From: Deinococcales bacterium
GTDB lineage: Bacteria; Deinococcota; Deinococci; Deinococcales; JAAFIG01
Assembly (NCBI GenBank): GCA_031414595.1
Contig: JANNVX010000014.1
Span: forward strand, 48,078 to 112,077
Direction: 5' to 3'
Length of the DNA stretch: 64,000 nucleotides
Shown here: piece by piece, positions 16,709 to 26,962 of the stretch
How the letters are laid out: each line of letters starts with the position of its first letter
Position numbering within the stretch: the first letter of the stretch is position 1
Translations under genes and position numbers: made by a program
The notes under the pieces: model-generated
Databases searched by the model: none
What the model was told of the DNA's origin: nothing
Seen by the model: only the letters and a program-made list of their open reading frames with translations

Positions 16709-18241
16709 TTAATTAACCATTTGGCTTTTCATCAATTCTCGAGCCGTGCTTTGGTCTTGGCTGCTGGGCATTCCCCAATCGGGCTGATAGGCAAACAAAG
16801 TTTCTAAAGTCTGGCTGCCAAATTGGTCATTGAGAATTTCAAAGTGTTTACTCGAGATAAATGCAGGGTGAGGCTGCCCGCAAGCATGACAAAGCCGCAA
16901 AATTTCTTTACGCAGCGTAATTAAATAATTGGCAAGCCGAGCGCTTTTATCGCTTGGGTCAAGTCCTCGAATCAGCCACTTATCTTGGGTTGCCACACCT
17001 GTTGGACAGTGGTTGGTGTGGCATTTTTGAGCTTGGATACAACCAATGGCGAGCATCGCTTCGCGGGCAACGTTAATCATGTCGCAACCTAAGCCAAAAG
17101 CAAACAGCGCATCTTCAGGGAAACCCAGTTTGCCACTGCCAATAAAGACAATCTGCTGCTGCATTCCGAGCTTGGCAAATTCGGCGTACACCCTCGAGAA
17201 ACCCATCTTAAACGGTAAACTCACATGGTCAGTAAAGGCGAGCGGCGCAGCCCCAGTACCGCCTTCGCCGCCGTCTATGGTAATAAAGTCAGGTCCCTGA
17301 TTCCGCGCTTGCATTCGTTGTGCCAGCAACTGCCAAAACTCGAGGTCGCCAACTGCACTTTTAATCCCCACGGGTAAACCTGTTTGGCTGCTCAGCAGCT
17401 CAAGAAAATCAATTAAGCCATCCACACTGTTAAAAGCACTGTGGTGGCTGGGCGAAATGCAGTCCTCGCCAATTGGCACACCCCTTGCCTCGGCAATTTC
17501 GGCACTGACTTTATGGGCGGGAAGTACCCCACCAAGCCCCGGTTTTGCGCCTTGGCTTAGTTTAATTTCGATGGCTTTGACGGGTGCGTTTTGGACTGAC
17601 TCGAGGAATTTTTCTAAACTAAACGTACCATCCAAGTTTCGGCAACCAAAGTACCCCGTACCAATTTGCCAAATTAAATCACCACCACTTTTGTGGTATC
17701 TCGAGATACCGCCCTCACCCGTGCTTTGCAGCGCCCCAGCAATTTTTACGCCACGGTTTAAGGCTTCAATCGCCGGAGCAGATAAACTGCCAAAACTCAT
17801 GCCCGAAACACCCACCACACTGCTCGGGCGAAAGGCTTTTGGGCGATTGTGGTATGCACCCATGACCTTAGCGCATGGAAGACTGTAATTTGGGTCGTGC
17901 GACTCGGGAAGCGGAAAAACACTGTGCTTGATAATCAGGTAATTTGGGCTTAACTCAAGGTCGTTGTCTGTGCCAAAACCAAAGTAATTGTTTTGTTTTT
18001 TGGCACTGGCATAGACCCAAGAACGTTGGTCTCGAGTAAACGGACGCTCGGCATTATTGGCACTGATGATGTACTGACGCAATTCAGGACCCACCATCTC
18101 GAGGGCATAACGCGCCCAGCCCAACACAGGGAAATTTCGACGAATTGCATGTTTGGTCTGACGCAAATCAAGAATTGCTACAACAACTAGAATCACCACA
18201 ATCAGTGCAAGCCAGAACATAAATCCCAGTTTAACATCCAT
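16709..18241 (-). CDS. FMN-binding glutamate synthase family protein
   Basis: MSFGSLS, TGEGG, EIKLSQGAKPGLGG, DGGEGGTGAAP and CIQAQKCHTNHCPTG motifs. Confidence 0.92.
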   Translation of the reverse strand: MDVKLGFMFWLALIVVILVVVAILDLRQTKHAIRRNFPVLGWARYALEMVGPELRQYIISANNAERPFTRDQRSWVYASAKKQNNYFGFGTDNDLELSPNYLIIKHSVFPLPESHDPNYSLPCAKVMGAYHNRPKAFRPSSVVGVSGMSFGSLSAPAIEALNRGVKIAGALQSTGEGGISRYHKSGGDLIWQIGTGYFGCRNLDGTFSLEKFLESVQNAPVKAIEIKLSQGAKPGLGGVLPAHKVSAEIAEARGVPIGEDCISPSHHSAFNSVDGLIDFLELLSSQTGLPVGIKSAVGDLEFWQLLAQRMQARNQGPDFITIDGGEGGTGAAPLAFTDHVSLPFKMGFSRVYAEFAKLGMQQQIVFIGSGKLGFPEDALFAFGLGCDMINVAREAMLAIGCIQAQKCHTNHCPTGVATQDKWLIRGLDPSDKSARLANYLITLRKEILRLCHACGQPHPAFISSKHFEILNDQFGSQTLETLFAYQPDWGMPSSQDQSTARELMKSQMVN

Positions 18242-18246
18242 TTAAT

Positions 18247-18292
18247 CCAGAACCGACTTTCTTGGGCTTCATGCACAATCACTTGAAGTTTC
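18247..18292 (-). pseudogene. Remnant of a hicB 5' end
   Basis: About 46 bp closely matching 19468-19513 (CCAGAACC..C.TTCTT..GCTTCATG.ACAATCACTTGAAGTTTC). Confidence 0.65.
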
Positions 18293-18413
18293 TACTCGAG
18301 AAACCAAAAAATACATCAAAATTTCGTGAACCATAAAAAATCGAGTTTGTACAATTTGCTCGAGAAAATAAAAGAGCAGCCTTTGCAGACTGCTCTCGGC
18401 TCGAGACGCAAAT

Positions 18414-18812
18414 TTAGGGGAGCAACTCCAAGTAATCTAAATGAAGCGGTTTAACAACACGAAAATGTCTTCGGTCTAAAGTCAGCACTTTGCGAATACG
18501 GTAACGTTCGGCTAAGGCAACAATACTTGCATCCACAAAACCAAGGGGTAAATCTTGGTAATACCGTCTAATCTGATTGACTCGCTCTAAATCCAATTGG
18601 TCAAATGTCAGTAACTCGTTATTTTTGACAACCCGTTCAAAAAAGGTTTTCGCCGTATTTTCACCAAGGTATTTACAAAGAAAATAGTCAACTTCGCACA
18701 ACACAGAAGTTGGTACAAGTAAACCTTGTGTTTCAAAAGGCTTAATGGCTAAATGATGCTTGTCGTTTGCATCAATCATGGCGATTAAAGCGCCAGTATC
18801 GCATAAAATCAT
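18414..18812 (-). CDS. VapC-like PIN-domain toxin
   Basis: ILCDTG, E, DASI and TLDRRHF PIN motifs. Confidence 0.9.
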   Translation of the reverse strand: MILCDTGALIAMIDANDKHHLAIKPFETQGLLVPTSVLCEVDYFLCKYLGENTAKTFFERVVKNNELLTFDQLDLERVNQIRRYYQDLPLGFVDASIVALAERYRIRKVLTLDRRHFRVVKPLHLDYLELLP

Positions 18813-19036
18813 GTACGCCGCTCGAGCGGATGGTCAGCAAAAAGCAATTCATCTACCCGTTCAGATAAATCACCAATGCCAGAAGCTCCAATGCCAGCCC
18901 ATGAAATTCTGGGTTGCCTTGGCTCGAGTAAAACCGGTTCTGGTTGACCCAAGGACAGTTGCAATTGCCTAAGTAATTCGGCACGTTCATGAAAAGAGAG
19001 TTGAGTCATTTCTTTTTGTAACTCGAGGAGGCTCAT
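18809..19036 (-). CDS. Putative VapB-type antitoxin
   Basis: Small ORF with ATGA overlap to the PIN gene; C-terminal GIGASGIGDLSERVDELL. Confidence 0.7.
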   Translation of the reverse strand: MSLLELQKEMTQLSFHERAELLRQLQLSLGQPEPVLLEPRQPRISWAGIGASGIGDLSERVDELLFADHPLERRT

Positions 19037-19117
19037 GGCTTTATTGTGGCATAAGAAACCCATTTTGAGAAGTCGAGAAAATAAAAGGAGCAGCCTTGGC
19101 GAAACTGCTCTTAAGTT

Positions 19118-19324
19118 CTAAAAATCTGCTTCGGTCAAACCGGCTTGCTTGATCAAAAAAATCTGCAAACCAATTTTTAGGGATTTATGCCCATGAATCG
19201 GAATTGAAAGCCGTACCATTTCGCCAGTTTTGCCATAAATATGATGACTGCCATTGATTCTTAGTAGCACCCAGCCTTTAGTTTCTACGGCTCGAGCCAA
19301 TTCAACACCAGACAGGCTTTTCAC
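19118..19324 (-). CDS. hicA: HicA toxin
   Basis: GW...RINGSHHIY...IPIHG motif. Confidence 0.9.
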   Translation of the reverse strand: MKSLSGVELARAVETKGWVLLRINGSHHIYGKTGEMVRLSIPIHGHKSLKIGLQIFLIKQAGLTEADF

Positions 19325-19515
19325 ACAGCAATCTCGAGAATCCGACCACTGACTGGCGGTGGAATATCCACCAGTAAACAGCCTTCAACAGCCTCATAGA
19401 TGTTACTCAGCAATTCCTCAAAAGTATCGCCTTGAGTAGCACAACCGGGCAGGGCGGGTACTTCTGCCCAGAACCCACCTTCTTTTGCTTCATGGACAAT
19501 CACTTGAAGTTTCAT
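19321..19515 (-). CDS. hicB: HicB antitoxin (short form)
   Basis: [22 protein letters not shown] motif. Confidence 0.9.
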   Translation of the reverse strand: MKLQVIVHEAKEGGFWAEVPALPGCATQGDTFEELLSNIYEAVEGCLLVDIPPPVSGRILEIAV

Positions 19516-19583
19516 GAACAGATTATACGGCAAAAAAATAATAAGAGCAGCCCTTGCAGACTGCTCTTGGCTCGAGAAGGGGT

Positions 19584-21062
19584 TTAGTAAGAATTATTTT
19601 GAGCTAAGTGGCTCACTTGACTAGCAGTCCAAACGGTGGTTTGCGGAATGAAATTAAAGTTTTGTGCAATTGGCTGGCTCGAGACGGCTACAGCAGGTTT
19701 AACACCAAGGCTTTCTAAGGCTTTCTCGAGTGGTTCGTCTCGTCCTGTGTTGAAGAATTTATATTCAAAGTTTTCGGTCAGTACATCGGGTTTAACTTGA
19801 GCAGGTAGGTTCCCTCCTGTTGACCACACGGCTTGAATTGTAGGCATTCCAGCCGCTCCACCGTTCGCCAATCCAAAACGGGCGGTGTTGGTGTTGCCAA
19901 TACCGACAGTCGGTGAACCGAACACTTGGGCGCGTTTGGCTTTCTGGATATAAGAAGCAAAGTATTCACAACCAGAAGCACAACCGCCATCCACCAGGAC
20001 GGCTAGGGGTCCTTTATAGACAACAGGGTTAATAATACTAAGACTAATAAGTTCGACTTTTTGTAAGTTGCGTGCAAAAACTCTTCCAGCGTTGTAACCC
20101 CATTCAATCGTGTTTCGGGCTGGATTATAACGAGGAGTCCACTGCATTAAGTCTGGTGTTTCGATAAAAGCACCAACCGAAGCAATCGTCTCGAGGACAC
20201 TGCCACCGCCATTGCTGCGTTCGTTGTAAATGATGCCTTTTGCGCCTCTAGCAACAGCTTCACGCACAAGTTCATGAAGTTTTTGGGCAACCCCATTGAT
20301 TTGAAAATCTTTCATGGTAATCATCGCAATACCATCTGGGCGAATCTCGAGTCCAGGTTGTTCGGATGTGTTGATCAGTTCGCCTTTGATTGGAAGTTCA
20401 ATCCGAGTGCGATTGAGACCGCGCAGTAAAATCATTTTAATCGTTTCGCCAGCCCGTACTTTGGTTGTGAAATCGGCATATGACTTGTTGATATTTTCGA
20501 GGTTGCCATCAAAACTAGCAAACACCACGTCGTTATAACCAATCCAACGGTCACCATATTTAATACCTGCCTTATCAGCAGGGGCATCTTTGACAACACT
20601 GGAAACAAACCGATCACCAATGAATTTACTGGTTAGGTTTCCTTTGTCATCTGTGCTGCATTCACCGGTTGGCGTTTCACAAAAGTTGCGTAAACCAATA
20701 CCAATTCGAGGTGTTGGACTGGTGGCTGCTCCGCCTCGGTTGGCATTTTCTTGGGCAACGTTAGCGGCGGTTAGATAGTAGGTATGGTCATCTTTGAAAT
20801 CATCGAACAATTGCACCAGCAAAGGTTCAACTTTGTCATAGCCACATTTTTCTTTAAGCTCGCTACAGGCTTCGTCTACTTTAGCTTGGTACTTGGCAAT
20901 GATTTCTTGGACATTGATGGTACTCGGACCAAAATACTGGGTCTCGAGGAAAAAAGCCGCTTGGTCAAATAAATCTTGGGCGGGGCTTCCAATGTATTTC
21001 TGGGCGCTGGCAACCGAGCCAAGCGCGGCAGCAATGGCAATGATTCGTACAAGGTTTTTCAT
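19584..21062 (-). CDS. Secreted S41-family peptidase with PDZ domain
   Basis: Signal peptide; PDZ ([12 protein letters not shown]); [11 protein letters not shown]. Confidence 0.85.
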   Translation of the reverse strand: MKNLVRIIAIAAALGSVASAQKYIGSPAQDLFDQAAFFLETQYFGPSTINVQEIIAKYQAKVDEACSELKEKCGYDKVEPLLVQLFDDFKDDHTYYLTAANVAQENANRGGAATSPTPRIGIGLRNFCETPTGECSTDDKGNLTSKFIGDRFVSSVVKDAPADKAGIKYGDRWIGYNDVVFASFDGNLENINKSYADFTTKVRAGETIKMILLRGLNRTRIELPIKGELINTSEQPGLEIRPDGIAMITMKDFQINGVAQKLHELVREAVARGAKGIIYNERSNGGGSVLETIASVGAFIETPDLMQWTPRYNPARNTIEWGYNAGRVFARNLQKVELISLSIINPVVYKGPLAVLVDGGCASGCEYFASYIQKAKRAQVFGSPTVGIGNTNTARFGLANGGAAGMPTIQAVWSTGGNLPAQVKPDVLTENFEYKFFNTGRDEPLEKALESLGVKPAVAVSSQPIAQNFNFIPQTTVWTASQVSHLAQNNSY

Positions 21063-21086
21063 GTGTCCTCTTTTGGAGAATGGGTT

Positions 21087-22589
21087 TTAGTTGCTGCTTT
21101 GTAGCTCAAACGCCTTCCTTGGGGTGTACGATTGTTCAAGTACAGCTGTAATAGCATCATAACCAAAGGTTGGAATCGGCGCAAAAGGCACTTTAATTTC
21201 GGTGCTGCTGCTTGGGGCTTGTAGGGTTTTTACCCCAACACTCTCGAGGGCTTTATTCAAACCAGCATCTACACCAGTTTTGAAAACATCAAAAGTAGTG
21301 ACTTTGAAATCAGGGGTGATAGCCGAAGGGAGTGGTGTTCCATCTGCCCAAAATGCCCGAAGGGTTGGCATATTGGCTGCCCCACCATTGGCTAAGGAAA
21401 AGCCTTGGGTGTTGGTGTTACCAATACCAACGGTTTCTTCGCCAATCACTAGACCGCGTTTGGCGCGTTGAAAACTGCTCGAGATGTATTCGCAAGCACT
21501 GGCGCAACCACTGTCCACCAGCACCGCAAATGCGCCTTCAAAAAGTACGGGATTTGTTACGGCACGGGTGGCATTGATTTCTGGGCGTGAGACATAACGC
21601 TGGTAGAAACCACCATTTTCAAAACCTTCTTCGACGGTATTCTTATCGGCATTGTAGCGGGGGGTACGGCGCATTGCGGCAGGGGATTTGACAAATGCGC
21701 CTGTGGTAAACCAACGCTCCAAGGCAGAACCACCACCGTTGCCACGTTGATTAAAGATAACCGCTTTTAAGCCTTTGCTGTTTGCATCGCGGATGAGGTC
21801 GTGAATGCGTTGTCCAATTCCAGCAATCAAGTAATCTGGCACACGCAAAATACCAACCCCATCAGAGCGCAACTCGAGTTGTGGCACTTCGGAGGTATTA
21901 ATGATTTCGCCTTTGACTTGAACATCCAGTTTTTGCTTTTCGCCACCACGCAAAATTTGCATGGTCAGGACTTCGCCAGCCCGAACCTTGGTGGTAAATT
22001 CAGCTTGAAATTGATTCAGTCTTGCCACATCGCCATTAAAGCTCGAGTAGAGTATGCCGCCATACCCAATCCAGCGATCACCGTATTTAAGACCTGCTTT
22101 GTCGGCTGGGGCATTTTTGACCACGCCAGTAATTAAACGGTCTCCGTTGAGTTTGCTGGTCAGGTTGCCGGCTGCATCAAAAGTGCAAGCACCTGTTGGC
22201 GTTTCGCAGTAGCTCAGGCTGGTAAAGCCAATCCGTGGGACTGGGCTGGTGGCTGTCCCAGCCCGATTAGCATTTTGTTGGGCAACTGCCGCCGCACTTA
22301 AATAATAGGCATGTGGGTCTTGAATTTCATCGAACATCACATCTAAAAGCGGTTCAATAGTGGTTGAAGCACACAACACACCTGTAGCAGCACATGCTTC
22401 GTCTACTTTGGCTTGGTACTTGGCAATGTGGTCTGCCATAACAATCGTACTTGGACCAAAATACTGAGTTTCTAAAAAGAAACTGGCTTGGTCATATAAA
22501 TCTTGGGCTGGACTGCCAATATATTTTTGCGCTCCTGCGGCACTCGAGCAGACCAAAGCAGCAGTTAAGCTCAGTACAAACTTTTTCAT
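21087..22589 (-). CDS. Secreted S41-family peptidase with PDZ domain
   Basis: Signal peptide; PDZ; RGNGGG; CASACE. Confidence 0.85.
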   Translation of the reverse strand: MKKFVLSLTAALVCSSAAGAQKYIGSPAQDLYDQASFFLETQYFGPSTIVMADHIAKYQAKVDEACAATGVLCASTTIEPLLDVMFDEIQDPHAYYLSAAAVAQQNANRAGTATSPVPRIGFTSLSYCETPTGACTFDAAGNLTSKLNGDRLITGVVKNAPADKAGLKYGDRWIGYGGILYSSFNGDVARLNQFQAEFTTKVRAGEVLTMQILRGGEKQKLDVQVKGEIINTSEVPQLELRSDGVGILRVPDYLIAGIGQRIHDLIRDANSKGLKAVIFNQRGNGGGSALERWFTTGAFVKSPAAMRRTPRYNADKNTVEEGFENGGFYQRYVSRPEINATRAVTNPVLFEGAFAVLVDSGCASACEYISSSFQRAKRGLVIGEETVGIGNTNTQGFSLANGGAANMPTLRAFWADGTPLPSAITPDFKVTTFDVFKTGVDAGLNKALESVGVKTLQAPSSSTEIKVPFAPIPTFGYDAITAVLEQSYTPRKAFELQSSN

Positions 22590-23926
22590 ATTCCTCCTAA
22601 ATCCCCGAAGGCTCGAGGCAGCTTGGGTTTGGAAACTAAAGTGCTAGGTTTAACATTTAAGGCTTCTAAGGCTTTCTCGAGCATGGCATCACGCCCGCCC
22701 GCTAAATTCTCGAGGTCCTCGTTAAATCGGGTGTCTGGTGTCACCCGTTCACTGGCGTATGTTCCATCTGGGCGGATTCCCTTGCCGATGGTTAAACCAA
22801 TAAAACTTCCGTTGGCAAGGTCAAATAAGCGTGTGGCGGTGTTCAGTACGCCGTAGGTTTCTTCGCCAACCACCACGCCGCGTTTGGCATACTGCATTTG
22901 CGCCGCAAAAACCTCGGCGCATGAGGCACTGTCGCTATTGACCAGCACGGCAACCTTGCCTTTGAATTGGGCTGGATTGGCAATGTTATAGGCTTCGGTT
23001 TGGCTTTTACCGTTGCTGACACTGGTTAAACCGTTTTTATAGCTGTAAATGGTTCTCGAGTAGCGTGTCTCGAGGATGTTACTGAGTTCTGGTAGGAACG
23101 CACCGGGCGCACTGGTGCATTCGGTCGCCACACCACCGGGGTTATCGCGTAAGTCCACCACAATGCTGTTTGCCCCTTGGCTTTCGACGGTTTTGACCAG
23201 TTCATGGAACTTTGTGCCAACCTCTTTGAATGGGGTGAATTCATGAATCCGAATCACGGCGGTGGTGCTTGGTAAGCCGTTTGGTTTTTTGATTTCGGGT
23301 AGCCATGCCGTGCCGACCAAAATTGGGGTAACACTAATCTCGAGATTAGTGTTACCGTCACGCAGGATACTAAGCTGCATGGCTTTTCCTTCAGCTTCTA
23401 GCCCTAAGAACAGCGCTTCGTTTTGACTGGGCGAACTTGGTAAACGCTGACCATTTAAGCGCACGATTCTATCGCCGCGTTTTAAGCCCGCTTTGCCAGC
23501 CGGTCCGTCTTCGCGCACATCGGTGACAACACGGTCTGAAACTCGAGGCAATTGAGTGGTGGCAATTTCAAGACTAGGGCTACCAATCCCGCCCCCGCCG
23601 ATTTGCCCCGCGAACTGTGTGGCGATTTCTGATGGCACAAAGTAACTGTGTGGGTCGTTTAATTCCCGAATCATTAAAGCAATTGGGCGTTCGGCATTAC
23701 TAAACGGGCAATCGGTGGCTCGAGAAGTGCAATTGCTGTCTACTTGGGCTTGGTACTTGGCAACTAAGGTGCTTAGATTAACTTTACTAAAGCCATTGTA
23801 ATTAAATTCAACAAAGAAACTGGCTTGGTCAAATAAATCTTGGGCGGGTGTGCCAATGTAACGTTGGGCGCTGGCAGCACTCGGGAATGCCAAGGCAGCA
23901 GCAATCACAAGTGCAAGGTGTTTCAT
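22586..23926 (-). CDS. Secreted S41-family peptidase with PDZ domain
   Basis: Signal peptide; PDZ; DLRDNPGG; SASCAE. Confidence 0.88.
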   Translation of the reverse strand: MKHLALVIAAALAFPSAASAQRYIGTPAQDLFDQASFFVEFNYNGFSKVNLSTLVAKYQAQVDSNCTSRATDCPFSNAERPIALMIRELNDPHSYFVPSEIATQFAGQIGGGGIGSPSLEIATTQLPRVSDRVVTDVREDGPAGKAGLKRGDRIVRLNGQRLPSSPSQNEALFLGLEAEGKAMQLSILRDGNTNLEISVTPILVGTAWLPEIKKPNGLPSTTAVIRIHEFTPFKEVGTKFHELVKTVESQGANSIVVDLRDNPGGVATECTSAPGAFLPELSNILETRYSRTIYSYKNGLTSVSNGKSQTEAYNIANPAQFKGKVAVLVNSDSASCAEVFAAQMQYAKRGVVVGEETYGVLNTATRLFDLANGSFIGLTIGKGIRPDGTYASERVTPDTRFNEDLENLAGGRDAMLEKALEALNVKPSTLVSKPKLPRAFGDLGGI

Positions 23927-25179
23927 TTTGCCCCGAGAAGCTCGAGGGCTTTCTCAAGTTGGGCATCGCGTCCAGCCGCCAGTGCTGCTAAGTCTTCTGG
24001 GACAACCACATTTGGGGTGACTGCCATTGGGAATGGGCTTTTATCCAAGTTCAGCATTCGGTACTGGGAAATTTGGATAATATCATCGTTAATCAGTTGG
24101 GCTAATCCACCGCCACTAACACCGTTTTGTCCACTGGTGGTGACACCGACCACTTGAGCGCGTCCGACCCGTTGCAAGAAATACGCCAGCATTTCCGAAG
24201 AATTTTCGGTGATTTGATTAACCAAGACCACAACTTTACCTGTGTACTGAACTGGGCTGGTGGCTTGGACAACATCTTGGGCTTGTCCGCCTTCGGGTTG
24301 ACCACGAATCAATGCGCCGTTTTTCTCGAGGAAGTAAGTCAAGTCTTGACCGGCAAAACGTTGGTCATAAGTAAAGCCACCTTCTTTGATAAATGCTCCA
24401 GCCGCCAATAATGCTTCTGAATCAAAGCCACTGAATGAATCACGCAAATCTATAATCACGCCAGCCGCATTATCACGAATGGCTCGAGCCACATTGGAGT
24501 GTACCCGTGTGCCGATGCTGCCATACAAGTGCGGAATCCGAATCATCAGGGCTTTACCAACCGCGCTGCGGTACGGGGCGCGTGGGTCTTCGACCAAAAT
24601 AGGGGTTACACTAGCAGTTTTATTTGTGCCAGCCACACTGTACTCGAGCGCAATGGCTTTAGCACTGGCTTCGGCAGTTTTCAGGGCTGCCAAGGTTGCG
24701 GGTGCGCCGTTGATGGTTTTAATCAAGTTGCCTCGGCTGAGGTCAGCATTAAAAGCCGGTTCGCCGGGGAATGCCTCGAGAACCACAAGCCCTTGCCCAG
24801 CCAATTCACGGGCTTGAATGCCAATCGTTGGGGTGCTGGGTCCTTTTCCATCCACATAACGGTCAGAGGTGTCTGAATCCTCAGGGCTGACCAAACGGGT
24901 AAATGGGTCATTGAGGTTTTTCATGTATCCGACAATCACTTCTCTGCCTTTATCATAGCCACAAGTGGCTACCCCAGCACAGAGTTTTTGGACATCTGCC
25001 AGCATGTTTTTTTGCAGTTCACGCCAGTATGGAACTTTACTTGGACCATTGTAATAAAAACCAATGTAAAACGAGGCTTGTTTGACCAAATCCTCGGCAG
25101 GCGTGGTTTTGGCTTGGGCATTGGCAATGCCTAAACTACTAGCGGCAATAGCGAGGGCGATAAGTAATGGTTTTTTCAT
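23923..25179 (-). CDS. S41-family peptidase homolog, probably catalytically inactive
   Basis: DLRDSFSG, and TENSSE in place of the SASxxE nucleophile motif. Confidence 0.75.
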   Translation of the reverse strand: MKKPLLIALAIAASSLGIANAQAKTTPAEDLVKQASFYIGFYYNGPSKVPYWRELQKNMLADVQKLCAGVATCGYDKGREVIVGYMKNLNDPFTRLVSPEDSDTSDRYVDGKGPSTPTIGIQARELAGQGLVVLEAFPGEPAFNADLSRGNLIKTINGAPATLAALKTAEASAKAIALEYSVAGTNKTASVTPILVEDPRAPYRSAVGKALMIRIPHLYGSIGTRVHSNVARAIRDNAAGVIIDLRDSFSGFDSEALLAAGAFIKEGGFTYDQRFAGQDLTYFLEKNGALIRGQPEGGQAQDVVQATSPVQYTGKVVVLVNQITENSSEMLAYFLQRVGRAQVVGVTTSGQNGVSGGGLAQLINDDIIQISQYRMLNLDKSPFPMAVTPNVVVPEDLAALAAGRDAQLEKALELLGAK

Positions 25180-25327
25180 GGGCGCTCCTTTTTGGGGTGG
25201 GTGTAAACATCTTAGAATACTGCTTTTGATGTGTTCTCGAGTAGTTCGTAGCTTTCAGTTTTTCTTTAGGTTATTGCCACAAAATTGCCATATTGACTCT
25301 TGGTATAAAAATAATTATACTTGAACT

Positions 25328-25564
25328 ATGAAAACAGCCATCTCCCTACCTGATGAGTTATTCTTACGCGCCGAAGCCTTTGCTAGTCAAAAAACCATGA
25401 ATCGCAGCGAACTCTATGCCAAAGCCCTGACCGATTATCTCGAGCAGCACGACCATAGCAGCATCACGGCACAACTAAACGATGTTTACAATGACATAGA
25501 TAGTTCATTATCACCAAAAATTGCCGAACTTGGCTTTGAAACATTACGCCGAGTCAACAAGTGA
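25328..25564 (+). CDS. RHH antitoxin (MazE/ChpI-like)
   Basis: MKTAISLPDELF...MNRSELY motif; GTGA overlap with the toxin gene. Confidence 0.85.
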   Translation: MKTAISLPDELFLRAEAFASQKTMNRSELYAKALTDYLEQHDHSSITAQLNDVYNDIDSSLSPKIAELGFETLRRVNK

Positions 25565-25911
25565 ATCGTGGCGAAATTTGGGAAATCGAATTCCCACTGG
25601 TTGCTCGAGAAAACTCAGAACCATACGGTCATGGTCTAGCCGTGATTGTCTCGAGCGATGCTTTTAATCAAAGTGCTATTCGTACCGTCATGGTCTCGGT
25701 ACTGACCTCGAATATCAAACTCGCTCGAGCGCCCGGCAATGTCCTGCTGCTAAAAGAAGATATTCCAGAATTACTTATGGATTCAGTCATCAATATCTCG
25801 CAGGTTTTGGTTGTGGATAAAAGTCGTTTACGCAAGTTTCGGGCTGTCTTGGATTTTTTTAGTCTCGAGCTACTTAATTTGGGATTAAAACGTGTCTTTG
25901 ATTTAAGTTGA
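25561..25911 (+). CDS. mazF: MazF/PemK-family toxin
   Basis: RGEIW, IVSSD.FN, TSN...APGNV and DSVINISQV..VDK motifs. Confidence 0.85.
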   Translation: MNRGEIWEIEFPLVARENSEPYGHGLAVIVSSDAFNQSAIRTVMVSVLTSNIKLARAPGNVLLLKEDIPELLMDSVINISQVLVVDKSRLRKFRAVLDFFSLELLNLGLKRVFDLS

Positions 25912-26067
25912 GGATTTGTCCGTAAATAAAATCCGTGAATTGCAAGGCGATGACAAGCATCGCCCCTACGAAAAAAAATTGTCCTGTAGGGGCGAACCTT
26001 GTGTTCGCCCTGTAAGAAAATACGTTTTTTCGTTCTGAAATCGGGAAGTTATTTCTGGACAAATCCT
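25911..26067. mobile_element. MITE-like element with 19-bp terminal inverted repeats enclosing a REP-like hairpin pair
   Basis: AGGATTTGTCCGTAAATAA ... TTATTTCTGGACAAATCCT (17/19). The same left end recurs at 63860. Confidence 0.65.
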
Positions 26068-26107
26068 TAAGGCAATTGTTCTGACCAAATTCAAGTAATC
26101 TCGAGTC

Positions 26108-26920
26108 ATGAAACTTGGTTACTCATTCTGCCCAAATGACACTTTTATTTTCTATGCACTAACCCACAATAAAATTAGTCTCGAGCAACCCATAGAAGAA
26201 ATGCTCGAGGATGTCGAAACCCTGAACCTTTGGGCGCAAACAGCACGACTCGAGCTAACCAAAATTTCCTACCATGCCTACGCCCATGTGATGGACAATT
26301 ATGTGGCATTGCGCTCAGGTGGGGCGCTGGGGCGTGGGGTGGGACCGCTTTTGGTCGCAAAAACTAAGTTGGAGGATTTACGCGGCAAGACTGTGGCAAG
26401 TCCGGGCAAATTTACCACTGCACAATTATTACTACAAATTGCCCATCCAGAAGTCAAAACCGTTTTTATGCGTTACGACCAGATTATGCCAGCCGTGGAG
26501 CGCGGCAAGGTAGATGCGGGGCTAATTATTCATGAATCAAGATTTACTTACGCTCAACACGGACTGGTGAAATTGCTAGACCTTGGGCAGTGGTGGGAAG
26601 CCGACACAGGTTTACCACTGCCACTTGGAGCGATTCTGGCACGGCGCGATTTACCCGCTCAGACTTTGCAAAAACTAAACACTGCTGTGCGCTCGAGTCT
26701 CGAGTACGCCTATGCCAATCCGACTGAGCCAAAAGCCTATATTCGTCAACATGCGCTCGAGATGGAAGACAGCGTGATGCAAGCCCATATAGATTTATAC
26801 GTCAATGAATTTAGCTTAGATGTCGGTGAGACTGGACAGAAAGCCGTGGAAACGCTGTTTGCTCGAGCCGCCGCGTTGGGCTTTATTAAAAAGCCTCAGT
26901 TGCCGCTTTTTGTGGATTAA
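26108..26920 (+). CDS. mqnD: 1,4-dihydroxy-6-naphthoate synthase (futalosine pathway)
   Basis: LGYSFCPNDTFIF, IIHESRFTY, LPLPLG and HIDLYVN motifs. Confidence 0.92.
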   Translation: MKLGYSFCPNDTFIFYALTHNKISLEQPIEEMLEDVETLNLWAQTARLELTKISYHAYAHVMDNYVALRSGGALGRGVGPLLVAKTKLEDLRGKTVASPGKFTTAQLLLQIAHPEVKTVFMRYDQIMPAVERGKVDAGLIIHESRFTYAQHGLVKLLDLGQWWEADTGLPLPLGAILARRDLPAQTLQKLNTAVRSSLEYAYANPTEPKAYIRQHALEMEDSVMQAHIDLYVNEFSLDVGETGQKAVETLFARAAALGFIKKPQLPLFVD

Positions 26921-26962
26921 AAAAGCGCAACCCAAAAGGGCTGCGCTTTCTCGAGAGTGGCT

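Larger units (their letters stand above)
18359..19576. repeat. Three copies of a ~40-bp terminator-like hairpin separating TA cassettes
   Basis: AAAATAA..GAGCAG-loop-CTGCTCT at 18359-18405, 19073-19112 and 19535-19576. Confidence 0.75.
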
